Shown one piece after another: positions 43,011 to 53,461 of a stretch of DNA of 64,000 nucleotides. Origin of the DNA: an uncultured Phycisphaerales bacterium (GTDB lineage Bacteria > Planctomycetota > Phycisphaerae > Tepidisphaerales > Tepidisphaeraceae); contig CAVWLP010000002.1 of the NCBI GenBank assembly GCA_963755915.1, positions 2,368,001 to 2,432,000 on the forward strand, written 5' to 3'. The position numbers were made by a program, and so were the translations under genes. Every line of letters begins with the position of its first letter. Position 1 is the stretch's first letter. The notes beneath the pieces are model-generated. The model was given only the letters and a program-made list of their open reading frames with translations, did no database searches and was not told the origin of the DNA.

Positions 43011-44318
43011 TTACTTTAGGGGGTAGAGGACCATTCCGGTGGCGAGCTTGGGGTAGAAGAAGGTGCTTTTGGGGGGCATCACCTCGTTGGTTTTTCCGAG
43101 CTCCTCTAGCGCGTGGAGGGGGGTGGATTTTAGGAGGAGGGCGATTTGGTATTTTTTTCCATCCGTCATGGGGGCTACTTCGGTGGAGTAGGCGGTGTAG
43201 CCGCGGCCGGGGTCATTCCCACCGGCGAATTTGGGTTTGAGAATTTGATCCAGGAGGTAGTGCTGGACGATGGCTACGTCGAGCTGACGCCAGGCGGGGG
43301 AATGTTTGGGCTCGGTGGTGCTTAATACGTCGCGGTTGGTGAAGGTGATTTGGTAGGTTTTGCGGGTTTGGCCGTCGAAGAGGCCGAAGGTGTTGGCGGG
43401 TTGGCGGGGGAGGAGGTCGTCGATGTAGTGAGGTAATTGGGACTCGGTGATATCTACCGGGGTGACGGTGGCTACGTTGGTGAGGGCGGATTTGAGGGCT
43501 TCCGCGCTGAAGTCTTTTAGGCCGGAGATGAGGCGGTGGGTGGGGAGGATGAGGAGGCCGTCGTCCTGCATGCCGACGAGGTTGAACATGCAGAAGTTGG
43601 CGGGGTGGGCGGGGGGGAGCTTTCCGCCGTTGGCGATGGCGGCTTCGGCTTGATATTGGAGGGCCATGGTGTAGCGGTGGTGGCCGTCGGCAATGTAGAT
43701 GGGGCGGGCGCCCATCAGGTCGATCACGGCATTTTCGGCTTCGCTGTCGATGACCGTCCAGAGGTCGTTGGTTACGCCGTTAAAGGTGGCGGTGATTTCG
43801 GGCTTGCTGAGATTTTTGTAGAGGGTGCTGGTGACCTGTGATTTGGGGTCGGAGAAGAGGCCGAAGACGGGGGAGAGTTGCATGTTGGTGGCGCGGGTGA
43901 GCTTGAGGCGGTCCTGGATGGCGTCGGGGTAGGTTTTTTCGTGGGGGACGACGTGGCCTTCGCCGAAGGGGCTGAGCTTGACGAGGACGATCATTCCGCG
44001 GCGGTGGAAGTGGCGGTCGGCGTGGGCATAGGTTTGGGAGTAGGCGTAAATCGCGGGCTTGGAATCCTTTTGCAGAACGCCGGCGGCGAGCCAGGATTGG
44101 AGGGTGTCGTTGGCCATGGCGTAGGCGGAGTCGGGGCCGACGGTTTTGGCGGGGAGATGGGGAAGATCGACGGTGACGATGTTTTGGGGGTGGGTGGATT
44201 GGAGGTTTCGTTTGCCGGCTTCGTCGAGGACGTCGTAGGGGGGTGCGATGAGATTGGAGAAGTCGGAACCGTTTTTGCGGGAATAGCGGACGCCGGCGAA
44301 GGGGCGGATTTGAGCCAC
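43011..44318 (-). CDS. DUF1015 family protein
   Basis: IRPFAG, APPYDV, PHEKT, IADGHHRY, ILPTHR and MPPKSTFFYPKL; GTG start after CAGGAG. Confidence 0.92.
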   Translation of the reverse strand: MAQIRPFAGVRYSRKNGSDFSNLIAPPYDVLDEAGKRNLQSTHPQNIVTVDLPHLPAKTVGPDSAYAMANDTLQSWLAAGVLQKDSKPAIYAYSQTYAHADRHFHRRGMIVLVKLSPFGEGHVVPHEKTYPDAIQDRLKLTRATNMQLSPVFGLFSDPKSQVTSTLYKNLSKPEITATFNGVTNDLWTVIDSEAENAVIDLMGARPIYIADGHHRYTMALQYQAEAAIANGGKLPPAHPANFCMFNLVGMQDDGLLILPTHRLISGLKDFSAEALKSALTNVATVTPVDITESQLPHYIDDLLPRQPANTFGLFDGQTRKTYQITFTNRDVLSTTEPKHSPAWRQLDVAIVQHYLLDQILKPKFAGGNDPGRGYTAYSTEVAPMTDGKKYQIALLLKSTPLHALEELGKTNEVMPPKSTFFYPKLATGMVLYPLK

Positions 44319-44434
44319 GAAATACTCCTGTTGAATGGAGGGCAAGATACGGAATCTGGGATAAATTGTCATCTGGATTATCAGGGCGTCTATCGCGGCG
44401 AATATTGAGGACCGGTGGCCAAGTTTCTGATAGG

Positions 44435-44737
44435 ATGCAGGTCATGCATTTTTTGAGCTTCTTCCCATCTCTGCTCAGCCTGATATGCGTCATCGTGGCG
44501 CGCCGGTATGGATCACTTGAGTTTTTCCGACCCGTAGCGGTGATTCTTGGCATGTTGGCAGGGACAGGAGCTGTGATCTCGGCGGTGCTCGCGATTGGCC
44601 AAGACCATCTTCTGGTCGCTGGCGAATGGGGAAACCACGGTCTTCGCGAGCTGACGTTGTCGATCGCGTGCCTGGTTTTGGGTTTGATTATGCTTTGCGC
44701 GGGTGCTGCGGGGATATTCACGCGCCGAAGCGTCTGA
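44435..44737 (+). CDS. Small hypothetical membrane protein (3 TM)
   Basis: Hydrophobic ORF in an intergenic gap; start uncertain. Confidence 0.5.
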   Translation: MQVMHFLSFFPSLLSLICVIVARRYGSLEFFRPVAVILGMLAGTGAVISAVLAIGQDHLLVAGEWGNHGLRELTLSIACLVLGLIMLCAGAAGIFTRRSV

Positions 44738-44812
44738 TTGCGATCGTTTATAACGCATGGCGATCAGGTTGTTTACCAGTGCAATCGCACATGGCTTGAA
44801 AAAATGGTGAAG

Positions 44813-44853
44813 ACCCCCACCCTGGCCCTCCCCCGGAGTACCAGGGGAGGGGA
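44813..44853. repeat. CCCTCCCC..GGGGAGGG palindromic repeat
   Basis: acccccaccctggccctcccccggagtaccaggggagggg. Confidence 0.75.
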
Positions 44854-44933
44854 GGATGGGGGAAATGCGATTGCCCTGGGTGGTTGACGCTACTTTTCAC
44901 AATCCTCGGCTTCCGATACCATTGCGAACCGAT

Positions 44934-45872
44934 ATGAAAATCATTCTTGCGAATCCGCGTGGTTTTTGTGCGGGCGTGAACATGGCCATCGAGACCGTTG
45001 ACAAGGTTTTGGCCATGAAGGGGCCGCCGGTTTATGTGTATCACGAAATCGTGCATAACCGGCACGTGGTGGATGGGTTCAGGAAGCGGGGGGTGACGTT
45101 TGTGGATGATATTGAGGAGGTGCCGGTGGGGGGGCTGGTGGTTTATAGCGCGCATGGGATTTCGCCGGAGGTGAGGCGGAAGTCGAAAGAGAGGCGGCTG
45201 GTGGAGGTGGATGCGACGTGTCCGCTGGTGACGAAGGTGCACATGGAAGTGCTGCGGTATGTGAGAGATGGATACACGATTATTTTCATCGGGCATCGAA
45301 AACATGATGAGGCGATCGGGACGGTGGGGGAGGCGCCGCATTCGATTATCGTGGTGGAGACGCCGGAGGAAGTGGCGAATTTGCAGGTGAAGCCTGGGGC
45401 GAAGCTGGCGTATGTGACGCAGACGACGCTGAGCGTTTCGGATGCGCAGCGGGTGATCGACGTGCTGAAGGCGCGGTTTCCGAATATTCGATATCCGGCC
45501 AAGGACGATATCTGCTATGCGACGACGAATCGCCAGAACGCGGTGACGGTGATGAGTCCGGACGTGGATCTGGTGCTGGTGATCGGGAGCAAGAACAGCT
45601 CGAACAGCCAGCGGCTGGTGGAGCGGGCGATCGAGGCGGGGAAGCCGGCGCATCTGATTGATGATGAGTCGGAGCTGGATCCGGCGTGGTTTGACGGGAA
45701 GAACGCGGTGCTGGTGACGGCGGGGGCTTCGGCGCCGGAGCATCTGGTGAGTGAGCTGGTGCACCGGCTGACGCGGGATTTTGGCGGAGAGATTGAGACG
45801 AGGACGCTGCTGGAAGAGGGGATATCGTTTGAGCTGCCGAAGTCGGTGAGGAGCCTGGCGGTAGTGGGGTGA
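44934..45872 (+). CDS. ispH: 4-hydroxy-3-methylbut-2-enyl diphosphate reductase
   Basis: PRGFCAGV, EIVHN, SAHG, DATCPLV, DICYATTNRQ, SSNS and TAGASAPE. Confidence 0.97.
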   Translation: MKIILANPRGFCAGVNMAIETVDKVLAMKGPPVYVYHEIVHNRHVVDGFRKRGVTFVDDIEEVPVGGLVVYSAHGISPEVRRKSKERRLVEVDATCPLVTKVHMEVLRYVRDGYTIIFIGHRKHDEAIGTVGEAPHSIIVVETPEEVANLQVKPGAKLAYVTQTTLSVSDAQRVIDVLKARFPNIRYPAKDDICYATTNRQNAVTVMSPDVDLVLVIGSKNSSNSQRLVERAIEAGKPAHLIDDESELDPAWFDGKNAVLVTAGASAPEHLVSELVHRLTRDFGGEIETRTLLEEGISFELPKSVRSLAVVG

Positions 45873-45879
45873 TGAGCGA

Positions 45880-45937
45880 GAAATCCGAAACCCGAAATCC
45901 GAATGACGAATCAAATCCGAATGACGAAATCAGAATG
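45880..45937. repeat. Heptamer-based tandem repeat (GAAATCC/GAATGAC)
   Basis: gaaatcc gaaaccc gaaatcc gaatgac gaatc aaatcc gaatgac gaaatca gaatg. Confidence 0.75.
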
Positions 45938-45970
45938 GGTGTGCTGGAATCTCAACCGATAACAATTCGG

Positions 45971-46040
45971 CCCCCACCCTAACCCTCCCCTCTTCGAGCC
46001 TGAGCCTCAGAGCCGAAGGCCGGAGTACAAGGGGAGGGGA
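45971..46040. repeat. CCCTCCCC..GGGGAGGG repeat with a nested ~29-bp insertion
   Basis: cccccaccctaaccctcccc[tcttcgagcctgagcctcagagccgaagg]ccggagtacaaggggagggg. Confidence 0.7.
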
Positions 46041-46080
46041 TAAAGAGGGAGAGCTTGCAGTTGTTTTTTCAGAGGTTTTC

Positions 46081-46818
46081 ATGAAGGGCGTTATTCTTGC
46101 GGGTGGGACGGGTTCACGTCTTTTTCCGCTTACCAAGGTCACCAATAAGCATCTGCTGCCGGTTTATGACAAGCCGATGATTTATTATCCGCTGGAGTGT
46201 ATGGCCAAGGCGGGGATTGAAGAGGTGCTGCTGGTTACCGGGGGGAATAACAGCGGGGATTTTATTCGGCTGCTGGGGAATGGGCGGGATTTTGGGTTGA
46301 AGGATTTGAATTATACGTACCAGGAGGGAGCCGGCGGGATCGCCCAGGCGCTGGGGCTGGCAGAGCACTTTGCGGGGGGGGATAGCATGTGCCTGATTTT
46401 GGGGGATAACATTCTCGAATATACGATTCGGGAGGCTTGCGCGAAATTTGCGGAGCAGAAGGAGGGGGCGAAGATATTGCTGTCGCGGGTGGAAAATCCG
46501 CGGGCTTACGGCGTGGCGGAGATGGAGGGGGAGCGGGTGGTGCGGATCGTGGAGAAGCCGAGAGAGCCTAAGAGCGACTGGGCGGTGATCGGGATTTATT
46601 TCTACGACAAGAATGTGTTCGACATCGTGCGGAAATTGAAGCCTTCGGCGCGGAATGAGCTTGAGATTACCGATGTGAATAATGCGTATATTGAGCATGG
46701 GCATATGACGGCGGACAAGGTGCATGGGTTCTGGGCGGATGCGGGGGAGAACATCGATTTTTATCTAAAGGCGTGTAATACGGTGTCGAAGTGTGGGGCG
46801 AATAAGGAAGCGAAATAG
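46081..46818 (+). CDS. rfbA: Glucose-1-phosphate thymidylyltransferase-like sugar nucleotidyltransferase
   Basis: GVILAGGTGSRLFPLT, KHLLPVYDKPMIYYP, LGDN, EKP and SARNELEITD. Confidence 0.85.
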   Translation: MKGVILAGGTGSRLFPLTKVTNKHLLPVYDKPMIYYPLECMAKAGIEEVLLVTGGNNSGDFIRLLGNGRDFGLKDLNYTYQEGAGGIAQALGLAEHFAGGDSMCLILGDNILEYTIREACAKFAEQKEGAKILLSRVENPRAYGVAEMEGERVVRIVEKPREPKSDWAVIGIYFYDKNVFDIVRKLKPSARNELEITDVNNAYIEHGHMTADKVHGFWADAGENIDFYLKACNTVSKCGANKEAK

Positions 46819-46824
46819 CTTCCG

Positions 46825-47196
46825 ATGCGAGTTGTTGGGGTTCATCACGCGCAGATTACGGTTCCAAAAGTGAAAGAGGCGGAGGCGCGGGAATTTTATT
46901 GCGGGGTGATGGGGCTAAGTGAGATTGAGAAGCCGGCGTCGCTGGAAGGGCGCGGGGGGCTGTGGCTGGAAGTGGGGGATCGGCAATTGCATATCGGGGT
47001 GGAAGAGGGGGTGGAGCGGGGGGCGACGAAGGCGCATATTGCGTATGAGGTGGATGACGTGGGGGCGTGGAGGGAAACGCTTACCGGGCGGGGGGTGAAG
47101 ATTTTGGATTCGGTTGCGATACCGGGGTTTGAGCGGTTTGAGTTTCGGGATCCGTTTGGGAATCGGGTGGAGTTAATCCAGCGGGTATGTATTTGA
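46825..47196 (+). CDS. VOC/glyoxalase family protein
   Basis: HHAQI, REFYCGVMG, QLHIG, HIAYEV and RDPFGNRVE. Confidence 0.9.
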   Translation: MRVVGVHHAQITVPKVKEAEAREFYCGVMGLSEIEKPASLEGRGGLWLEVGDRQLHIGVEEGVERGATKAHIAYEVDDVGAWRETLTGRGVKILDSVAIPGFERFEFRDPFGNRVELIQRVCI

Positions 47197-47220
47197 AGCG
47201 ATGTATCTGGGGCGGGGGAC

Positions 47221-47250
47221 GCGCACCCCTGCGGGGTTGCGGCTAAACGG
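47221..47250 (-). repeat. REP-like element (TTAG variant)
   Basis: gcgcacccctgcggggttgcggctaaacgg; related copy with an internal insertion at 42951-42998. Confidence 0.65.
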
Positions 47251-47313
47251 GGTGATTTACTGTAATATAGTTTTCACCGCGGAGAACGCGGAGAACGCTG
47301 AGATTTAAGAATA

Positions 47314-48336
47314 ATGCAAACCATTCTCGTGACCGGCGCGGCCGGGTTTATTGGGTGTAATTTTGTGAGGCTGCTGGCGCAGAAACGCGAGCCGGTGAAG
47401 ATTGTTGCGCTGGATAAGCTTACGTACTGCGGAAATTTGGCGAATCTTCAGGGCGTGCTCGGCGAGCAGGCGGTGTTTTTTCGCGGGGATATTTGCGATC
47501 CGGATTTGCTGGGGGCTATTCATGACGAGCATAAGTTTACGCAGATCGTGAATTTTGCGGCGGAGACGCATGTGGATCGGTCGATTCTGGGGTCGGGGCC
47601 GTTTGTGCAGGCGAATGTGGTGGGGACGCAGGTGCTGCTGGATTTTGCGCAGGCGCGGGGGATTGAGAAGCTTTTGCAGGTGGGGACCGATGAAGTTTAT
47701 GGAACACTGCCGGAGGATCGGCCGGAGATCAAGTTTACGGAGGAGACGGCGCTGCAGCCGAACAGTCCGTATAGCGCGAGCAAGGCGGCGGGGGATTGTC
47801 TGGTGCGGGCGTATTTTCATACGTTTAAATTGCCGGTGCTGATTACGCGGTGCAGTAATAATTATGGGCCGTATCAGTTTCCGGAAAAAGTCATTCCGCT
47901 GTTTGTCACGAATCTGATGGAGGGGAAGAAAGTGCCGTTGTATGGGGATGGGCTGAACATTCGCGACTGGCTGCACGTGGAGGATCATTGCGAGGCGATC
48001 TGGGCCGTTTTGTCCAAGGGGAAGTTTGGGGAAGTTTACAACGTGGGGGGTAATAATGAGATTACCAATCGGAAGATTACCGAGACGATTCTCAAGGAGA
48101 TGGGGAAGAATTGGGACGAGAGCGTGCAGTATGTGAAGGATCGGCCGGGGCACGATCGGCGGTATGCGATCGACGCGGGGAAGATTAAGCGCACGCTGGG
48201 GTGGGAACCGAAGCACCGGTTTGAGCAGTCGATCAAGACGACGATCCAGTGGTATAAGGATCATCGGGACTGGTGGGGGGCGATCAAGAGCGGGGAATAT
48301 CTGAAGTATTATGAGCAGCAATATGCGGGGCGATGA
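47314..48336 (+). CDS. rfbB: dTDP-glucose 4,6-dehydratase
   Basis: TGAAGFIG, AAETHVDRSI, TDEVYG, PYSASK, NNYGPYQFPEK and DRPGHDRRY. Confidence 0.96.
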   Translation: MQTILVTGAAGFIGCNFVRLLAQKREPVKIVALDKLTYCGNLANLQGVLGEQAVFFRGDICDPDLLGAIHDEHKFTQIVNFAAETHVDRSILGSGPFVQANVVGTQVLLDFAQARGIEKLLQVGTDEVYGTLPEDRPEIKFTEETALQPNSPYSASKAAGDCLVRAYFHTFKLPVLITRCSNNYGPYQFPEKVIPLFVTNLMEGKKVPLYGDGLNIRDWLHVEDHCEAIWAVLSKGKFGEVYNVGGNNEITNRKITETILKEMGKNWDESVQYVKDRPGHDRRYAIDAGKIKRTLGWEPKHRFEQSIKTTIQWYKDHRDWWGAIKSGEYLKYYEQQYAGR

Positions 48337-48339
48337 AGA

Positions 48340-48373
48340 GATTGCCGATTGCCAATTGCCTATTGCCGATTGG
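48340..48373. repeat. Heptamer tandem repeat (ATTGCCN)
   Basis: gattgcc gattgcc aattgcc tattgcc gattgg. Confidence 0.8.
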
Positions 48374-48384
48374 AAAGTGATGTC

Positions 48385-48879
48385 ATGAGCGCGGGATCTG
48401 GAATTACTATCGACGCGGCGGTTCCATCCGATATACCGACTATTTTTGAATTCATCCGCGGGCTTGCCAAGTACGAAAATCTCTTGCACGAGATGGAGGC
48501 AACGGAGGCACTGCTGGAAGAGCATTTGTTCGGGGCTAGGCCGGCGGCGGAGGCAATTCTGGCGAGAACCGGGGGGACGGCGGTTGGATTTGCGCTTTAT
48601 TTCACGACCTATTCGACGTTCACGGGGAGGCCGGGGATCTGGCTGGAGGATTTGTATGTGCTGAGCGAGTATCGGCATCGGGGGATAGGGCGGGTGCTGC
48701 TGCGGGCTGTTGCGAAGATTGCGGTGGAGCGGAAGTGCGGGCGATTGGAGTGGTCGGTTCTGGATTGGAATGCGCCGGCACTTCGGGTATATCGCAAAAT
48801 CGGCGCGGTGCCGATGAGCGATTGGACGACGCAGCGGATGACGGGAGAGGCGCTTCAGCGGCTGGCGAGTAAAGGATGA
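48385..48879 (+). CDS. GNAT family N-acetyltransferase (diamine acetyltransferase-like)
   Basis: IRGLAKYE, YSTFTG, LEDLYV, RHRGIG and EWSVLDWN. Confidence 0.9.
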   Translation: MSAGSGITIDAAVPSDIPTIFEFIRGLAKYENLLHEMEATEALLEEHLFGARPAAEAILARTGGTAVGFALYFTTYSTFTGRPGIWLEDLYVLSEYRHRGIGRVLLRAVAKIAVERKCGRLEWSVLDWNAPALRVYRKIGAVPMSDWTTQRMTGEALQRLASKG

Positions 48880-49756
48880 GCGTTTACGACTCGGTTCATA
48901 TCGTCGGGGGGAAAGGGATGCTGGGGCATGCTCTGGCGGATCAACTTAACGCGCGGTCGCGGCGGTTTCTTACTCCGGATTTGCCGGAGATTGATATTAC
49001 GGATCCGCAGTCTTTGAAGAAGTATTTCGGGGAGCATAAGCCGACGCTGATTCTCAATTGTGCGGCGCATACGAAGGTGGATCAGTGTGAGCAGGAGAAG
49101 GAGAAGGCGGATGCGATCAATGGGCATGCGGTGGGGTATCTGGCATCGCTTTGCAAATTGGTGGGGGCGGTGCTGGTTCACATCAGCACGGATTTTGTAT
49201 TTGACGGTTCGCAGCGCCAGTCGTATCGGGTGGACGCGAAGCCAAATCCGCTTAGCGCCTATGGGAAGTCAAAACTGCTGGGAGAGATCGAATTGCAGAA
49301 GCATGCCCCGGCGCGATGGCTGATTGTGCGGACGGCGTGGTTGTATGGGCGTCATGGGCCTAATTTTCCGCGGACGATCGTGCAGGCGGGGCAGGCTGGA
49401 AAGCCGCTGACCGTGGTGAACGATCAGATGGGGTCGCCGACGTATACGGTCGATCTTGCCGGGGCGATCCTGGATTTGGTCGACAGCGGCGCCGGCGGGA
49501 TATTCCATGCGACCAATTCGGGGCAGACGACGTGGTTTGAATTTGCGAAAGCTGCGCTGGAGGATTTTGGGGTTCGGGCGGAAATTTCGCCGATTTCCAG
49601 CGCGGATTGGCGCAAAAACGGCCGGCGGCGGCGGTGCGGCCGGGGTATAGCGTGCTGGACATCGAGCCGCTGGAGCGTCAGATTGGGCGGCCGATGCGGC
49701 CTTGGCGGGAGGGGCTTAAGGATTATCGCGCGGCGGTGCAACGGGATGGTTTTTAG
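48876..49756 (+). CDS. rfbD: dTDP-4-dehydrorhamnose reductase (frameshift near 49618)
   Basis: GGKGMLG, NCAAHTKVD, HISTDFVFDG, YGKSKLLGE, DQMGSPT; tail AVRPGYSVLD...WREGL in the next frame. Confidence 0.92.
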
Positions 49757-49793
49757 ACGAGTCGAGGCTCGGCTGATATACTTTGGCGCTCAG

Positions 49794-50218
49794 ATGAATC
49801 GTTCGGCCTGGTTGAGTTGGCATATTGCGTTTGGCCTTGCGGCGGTACTCCCAATCGTTGGCTGTCACGGGAATTCCGCGCCCTTGGAAGGGGTGGGGGA
49901 CGCGGCGGGGGCGCAGTTTGTCGTGAGCGGGGGGGTTGCGCATCCGGGGCGCGCGAGCTTCTCACGGGGGACAGCGTGGCAGTGATCGTCGCGGATGAAC
50001 TTACCGTTCCGCCGGGGAAGCCGACCACGATTGTGCTGATCCGGCAAGCGCCCGAGGGAAAGACGCGCGAGCTGATCCAGCTTGACGCGGATGGGCACCT
50101 GATGGATCCGAAGCAGGATTGGGCGTTGCGCAATGGGGATGAATTGGTTTTTCCGGGGGGAGCGGGGTCGGATTCTCTGCGGAATCCAACGGGGCCGCCA
50201 GCGCAGAGCGCGGATTGA
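49794..50218 (+). CDS. Putative lipoprotein with an SLBB-like beta-grasp domain (frameshift near 49945)
   Basis: Lipobox IVG-C; VVSGGVAHPG...IVLIRQ...LRNGDELVF. Confidence 0.5.
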
Positions 50219-50229
50219 GATTCGCATTT

Positions 50230-52969
50230 CTATGCAGCGCCGAGGCGGCGGAGCGGGCTTGTCTGGCGGGCGGTTAGAAACTCATCAACTTGCGCGGCTG
50301 TCATGGGGCGGGCGTATATATATCCTTGGGCAACGGGGCAACCCAGCGACTGCAAAGTATCGGCCTGGTCGCCGGTTTCCACGCCTTCGGCGATGACGGG
50401 GATCTTGAGATTATTCGCCAGAGTGATGATGGCGCCGACCATGTCCTTGAAAGACTGGCCGCGACTCATGTTGGCGACAAAGGAGCGATCGATTTTGAGC
50501 ACGTCGATCGGTAATTGCTGGAGGCTGGCGAGTGATGAGACGCCAGTGCCGAAATCGTCCATGTCGATTTTGAAGCCCATGGCCTTGATCTTGCGAAGGG
50601 CGGGGCTGGTGAGATCGGCATCGGTCATGACGGTGCTTTCGGTGATCTCAAGATGAACGGCGGCGGGATGCACGCCGGCGGCGTGGGCGATGTTGTACAG
50701 GCGCTGCGCCAGGTCGGGGACGCTCAATTGCAGTCGCGAGAGGTTTACGCTGATCGAGGGGATGGCATCGCGGCCACGGGTTTTTTGCCAGGCGCCAAGC
50801 TGGGCACAGGCTTGGCGGAACGTCCATTCGCCGAGGGGGACGATGAGATGGGTTTCCTCGGCGATGGGGATGAATTCGGCCGGGGCGATCATGCCGAGGG
50901 AGGGGTGTTGCCAGCGAAGCAGGGCTTCGATTCCTTCGATGCGGCCGGTTTGAATCGAGACAATGGGCTGGAAGTGAAGGAGAAACTGCCCGGCGTCGAG
51001 GGCCTTGCGAAGGCCATTTTCCAATTCCAATTTGCGCTGGATGCGCGCGTGCGCATGGTCTCGTCAAAGACAGCGGCGCAGGCGCGGCCAGCATTTTTCG
51101 CTTCGTACATGGCGGTGTCGGCGTCGCGCAAAATATCTTCGGCGCACTCGTAATCAAACTCGCTGGTGACGATTCCGATGCTGGCGGTGCTGACGATCTC
51201 CTGCCCGGCGAGGCTAAAGGGGTTGCTGAGCGACTCAAGGATTCGCTGGGCGACGACGAGGGCGTCATCGGGCTTCTGGAGGAGGTCGAGAAGGATGACA
51301 AATTCATCGCCACCGAGGCGGCTGACGGTGTGCTCGCAACCGGCGCGGCCGATCAGGTCGACCGCGCGAACCGCGTGCTGGAGACGGGAGGAGATCTCGC
51401 GCAACAACTGGTCGCCGACGATGTGGCCGAAGTTGTCGTTCACCATCTTGAAGCGGTCGAAGTCGATGAAGAGGACGGCGAAGTTCATTTCCTTGAACCG
51501 TTTGTGGCGCTCGATGGCGTATTGGAGGCGGTCGAGGAGCATGGCGCGGTTGGGGAGAGTGGTGAGGCCGTCGCGGAGGGCGGCGGCGCGAAGCTGCTCT
51601 TCCATGGCCTTGCTCTGGGTGATGTCGCGGAAGCGCCAGATTCGACCGTAATATTCACCCCCCTTGCCGACAACGGGGGAGGAAAATCGCTCGAGGATAG
51701 TGCCGTCAACCAGTTCGATTTCGTCCTGGCTGGTTTCGCGGGGATGGTGGTAGAGATACTGGACCCGCTCGGCGAATTTCTGGGGGTTTTTGACGCGGCT
51801 GATGACAAAGTTCAACTGCCGGCTGTCGTCGATGTCGTCGGCATATTCCTGGGGGATTTTCCAGAGGCTGACGCAGGCCTTGTTCTGGTGGACTTTTCTG
51901 CCTTCGCTGTCGATGACGAGCAGGCCGTCGGCGGAGGAATCGGCCTGGGCTTCGAAGAATGCGGTTCGCCAGCGCAGTGCGTCTTCGGCGGATTTGTGCT
52001 CGATGGCGATGGAGGCGAACTGGCGGGGCGGGGTAATGATGGAGAGGTCGTCGGCGTTGAAGGAATGGGGGCGGCGTTTGTACATGGCGAAGGTTCCCAG
52101 GACGCGGCCGTCGCTGCCGACGATGGGATCGGACCAGCAGGCGCCCGATCCGGCGCGGGCGGCGAGTTCTTTGAATTTTGCCCACTTGGGATCGGTCTGG
52201 AGGTTCTGGCAGACGACGCGTTTTCCGGACCAGGCGGCGGTGCCGCAGGAGCCGACGTCGGGGCCGATCAGGATGCCGTTGATGGCTTCGTTGTAAAACG
52301 CGGGAAGGCTGGGGGCGCTGCCGTTCATCAATCTGGTTCCGGTTTTGTCGAGCAGGAGGATCGAGCAGAGCATTTTTGGATTTTCTGCTTCGATGCCGCG
52401 GACGATGGTTTCCAGAATCGCCGGCAGGGGGGTGCCTCCGGCGATGAGGGCGAGGGTTCGCGCAGGGCGGTTTCGCGGGCCTCGGCGACCTTGTAATCAT
52501 GAATGTCGACGAGGGACCCCGCGACGCGAACCGGGTTCCAGACGGCGTCGCGCTGCGCGGCGCCCTGCACGCGGAACCATCGGAACCCGGCCAGGACGGT
52601 TCGGAGCCTGAATTCAAAATCGAGTTGACAGGAGGTTGCCAGGTGCCGATTGAACGCGTCGATGGTGCGGCGGAGGTCGCGGGGATGAATCCGGCGGACC
52701 AATTGGTAAAGGGTCAGCGGGGGGGCGTCGTCATTTTCCGGGAGGTCCAGAAGCTCGCGGAATCTGCCGGTCGTCCAGATGCGGTCGTCGCCGACTTTCC
52801 AATCCCAGAGCCCGTCACCGCTGCCGCTGATGATAGCGTTAAAGCGGTCGGTGGAATCGCGGGCGCTGCGTCGGCTGAGGCCGGTTTGAGGGGGGAATTT
52901 TCGAAAGGAGTCATCCAGCTCCGCCGCTTTAGCGCCCGGTCGCGAATCGTGGGGCCATGACGTGATCAT
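50230..52969 (-). CDS. PAS-GAF-PAS-GGDEF-EAL c-di-GMP signalling protein (frameshifts near 52455 and 51040)
   Basis: DGLWDW PAS, GSCGTAA GAF, RLGGDEF, IEALLRW and DDFGTG. Confidence 0.9.
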
Positions 52970-53111
52970 GGGACGGAACCCCAGCGGTCGCCCACGTTTG
53001 TAGTATCGGCCGGCCAAAGAGCGTTATTAGTTTGTGTGATTGAAATGACAGCCGGCGGCGAAGGTCCGATAATTCGATGTCCGGGAGCAGGTGAAGCAAT
53101 CGTCACATTTA

Positions 53112-53288
53112 TCAAACGCTTGCGCCCCGGCCCAGAACCAGATACAGGATCGGCCCAAGCAGAGGAAGGAGCAGGACGAGAATCACCCAGATGAGCTTCA
53201 TGCCCGTATCGAGCGAGCTGGTGACGATGAGATAGATGACGTAGATGTCGAGGATGAAAATGAGCAGAGCGGCCAAGCCATAGAACAT
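53112..53288 (-). CDS. PLDc N-terminal-domain small membrane protein (58 aa, below the ORF track cutoff)
   Basis: MFYGLAALLIFILDIYVIYLIVTS...KLIWVILVLLLPLLGPILYLVLGR; GGAG RBS. Confidence 0.75.
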   Translation of the reverse strand: MFYGLAALLIFILDIYVIYLIVTSSLDTGMKLIWVILVLLLPLLGPILYLVLGRGASV

Positions 53289-53461
53289 GCGGTTCTCCGT
53301 CTTGAGAGAGGGGATTATAGCGGAGGAACGGCGCGGGCGGGCGTTAATATTTGCGGCAATTTATTTTTGTGCGGGGCAGGAGGGCGCGAATGGGTCTGGT
53401 GATATCGGAATCAGGGGACGACTGCTTGGCGTTGTGGGGGATCAATTTTATCATTCCATCC

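Noticed and set aside
48876-49985. Extended 369-aa RfbD fused to a lipoprotein-like tail
   Set aside because: Frameshift artefact: RfbD ends at 49756 and a separate gene starts at 49794.
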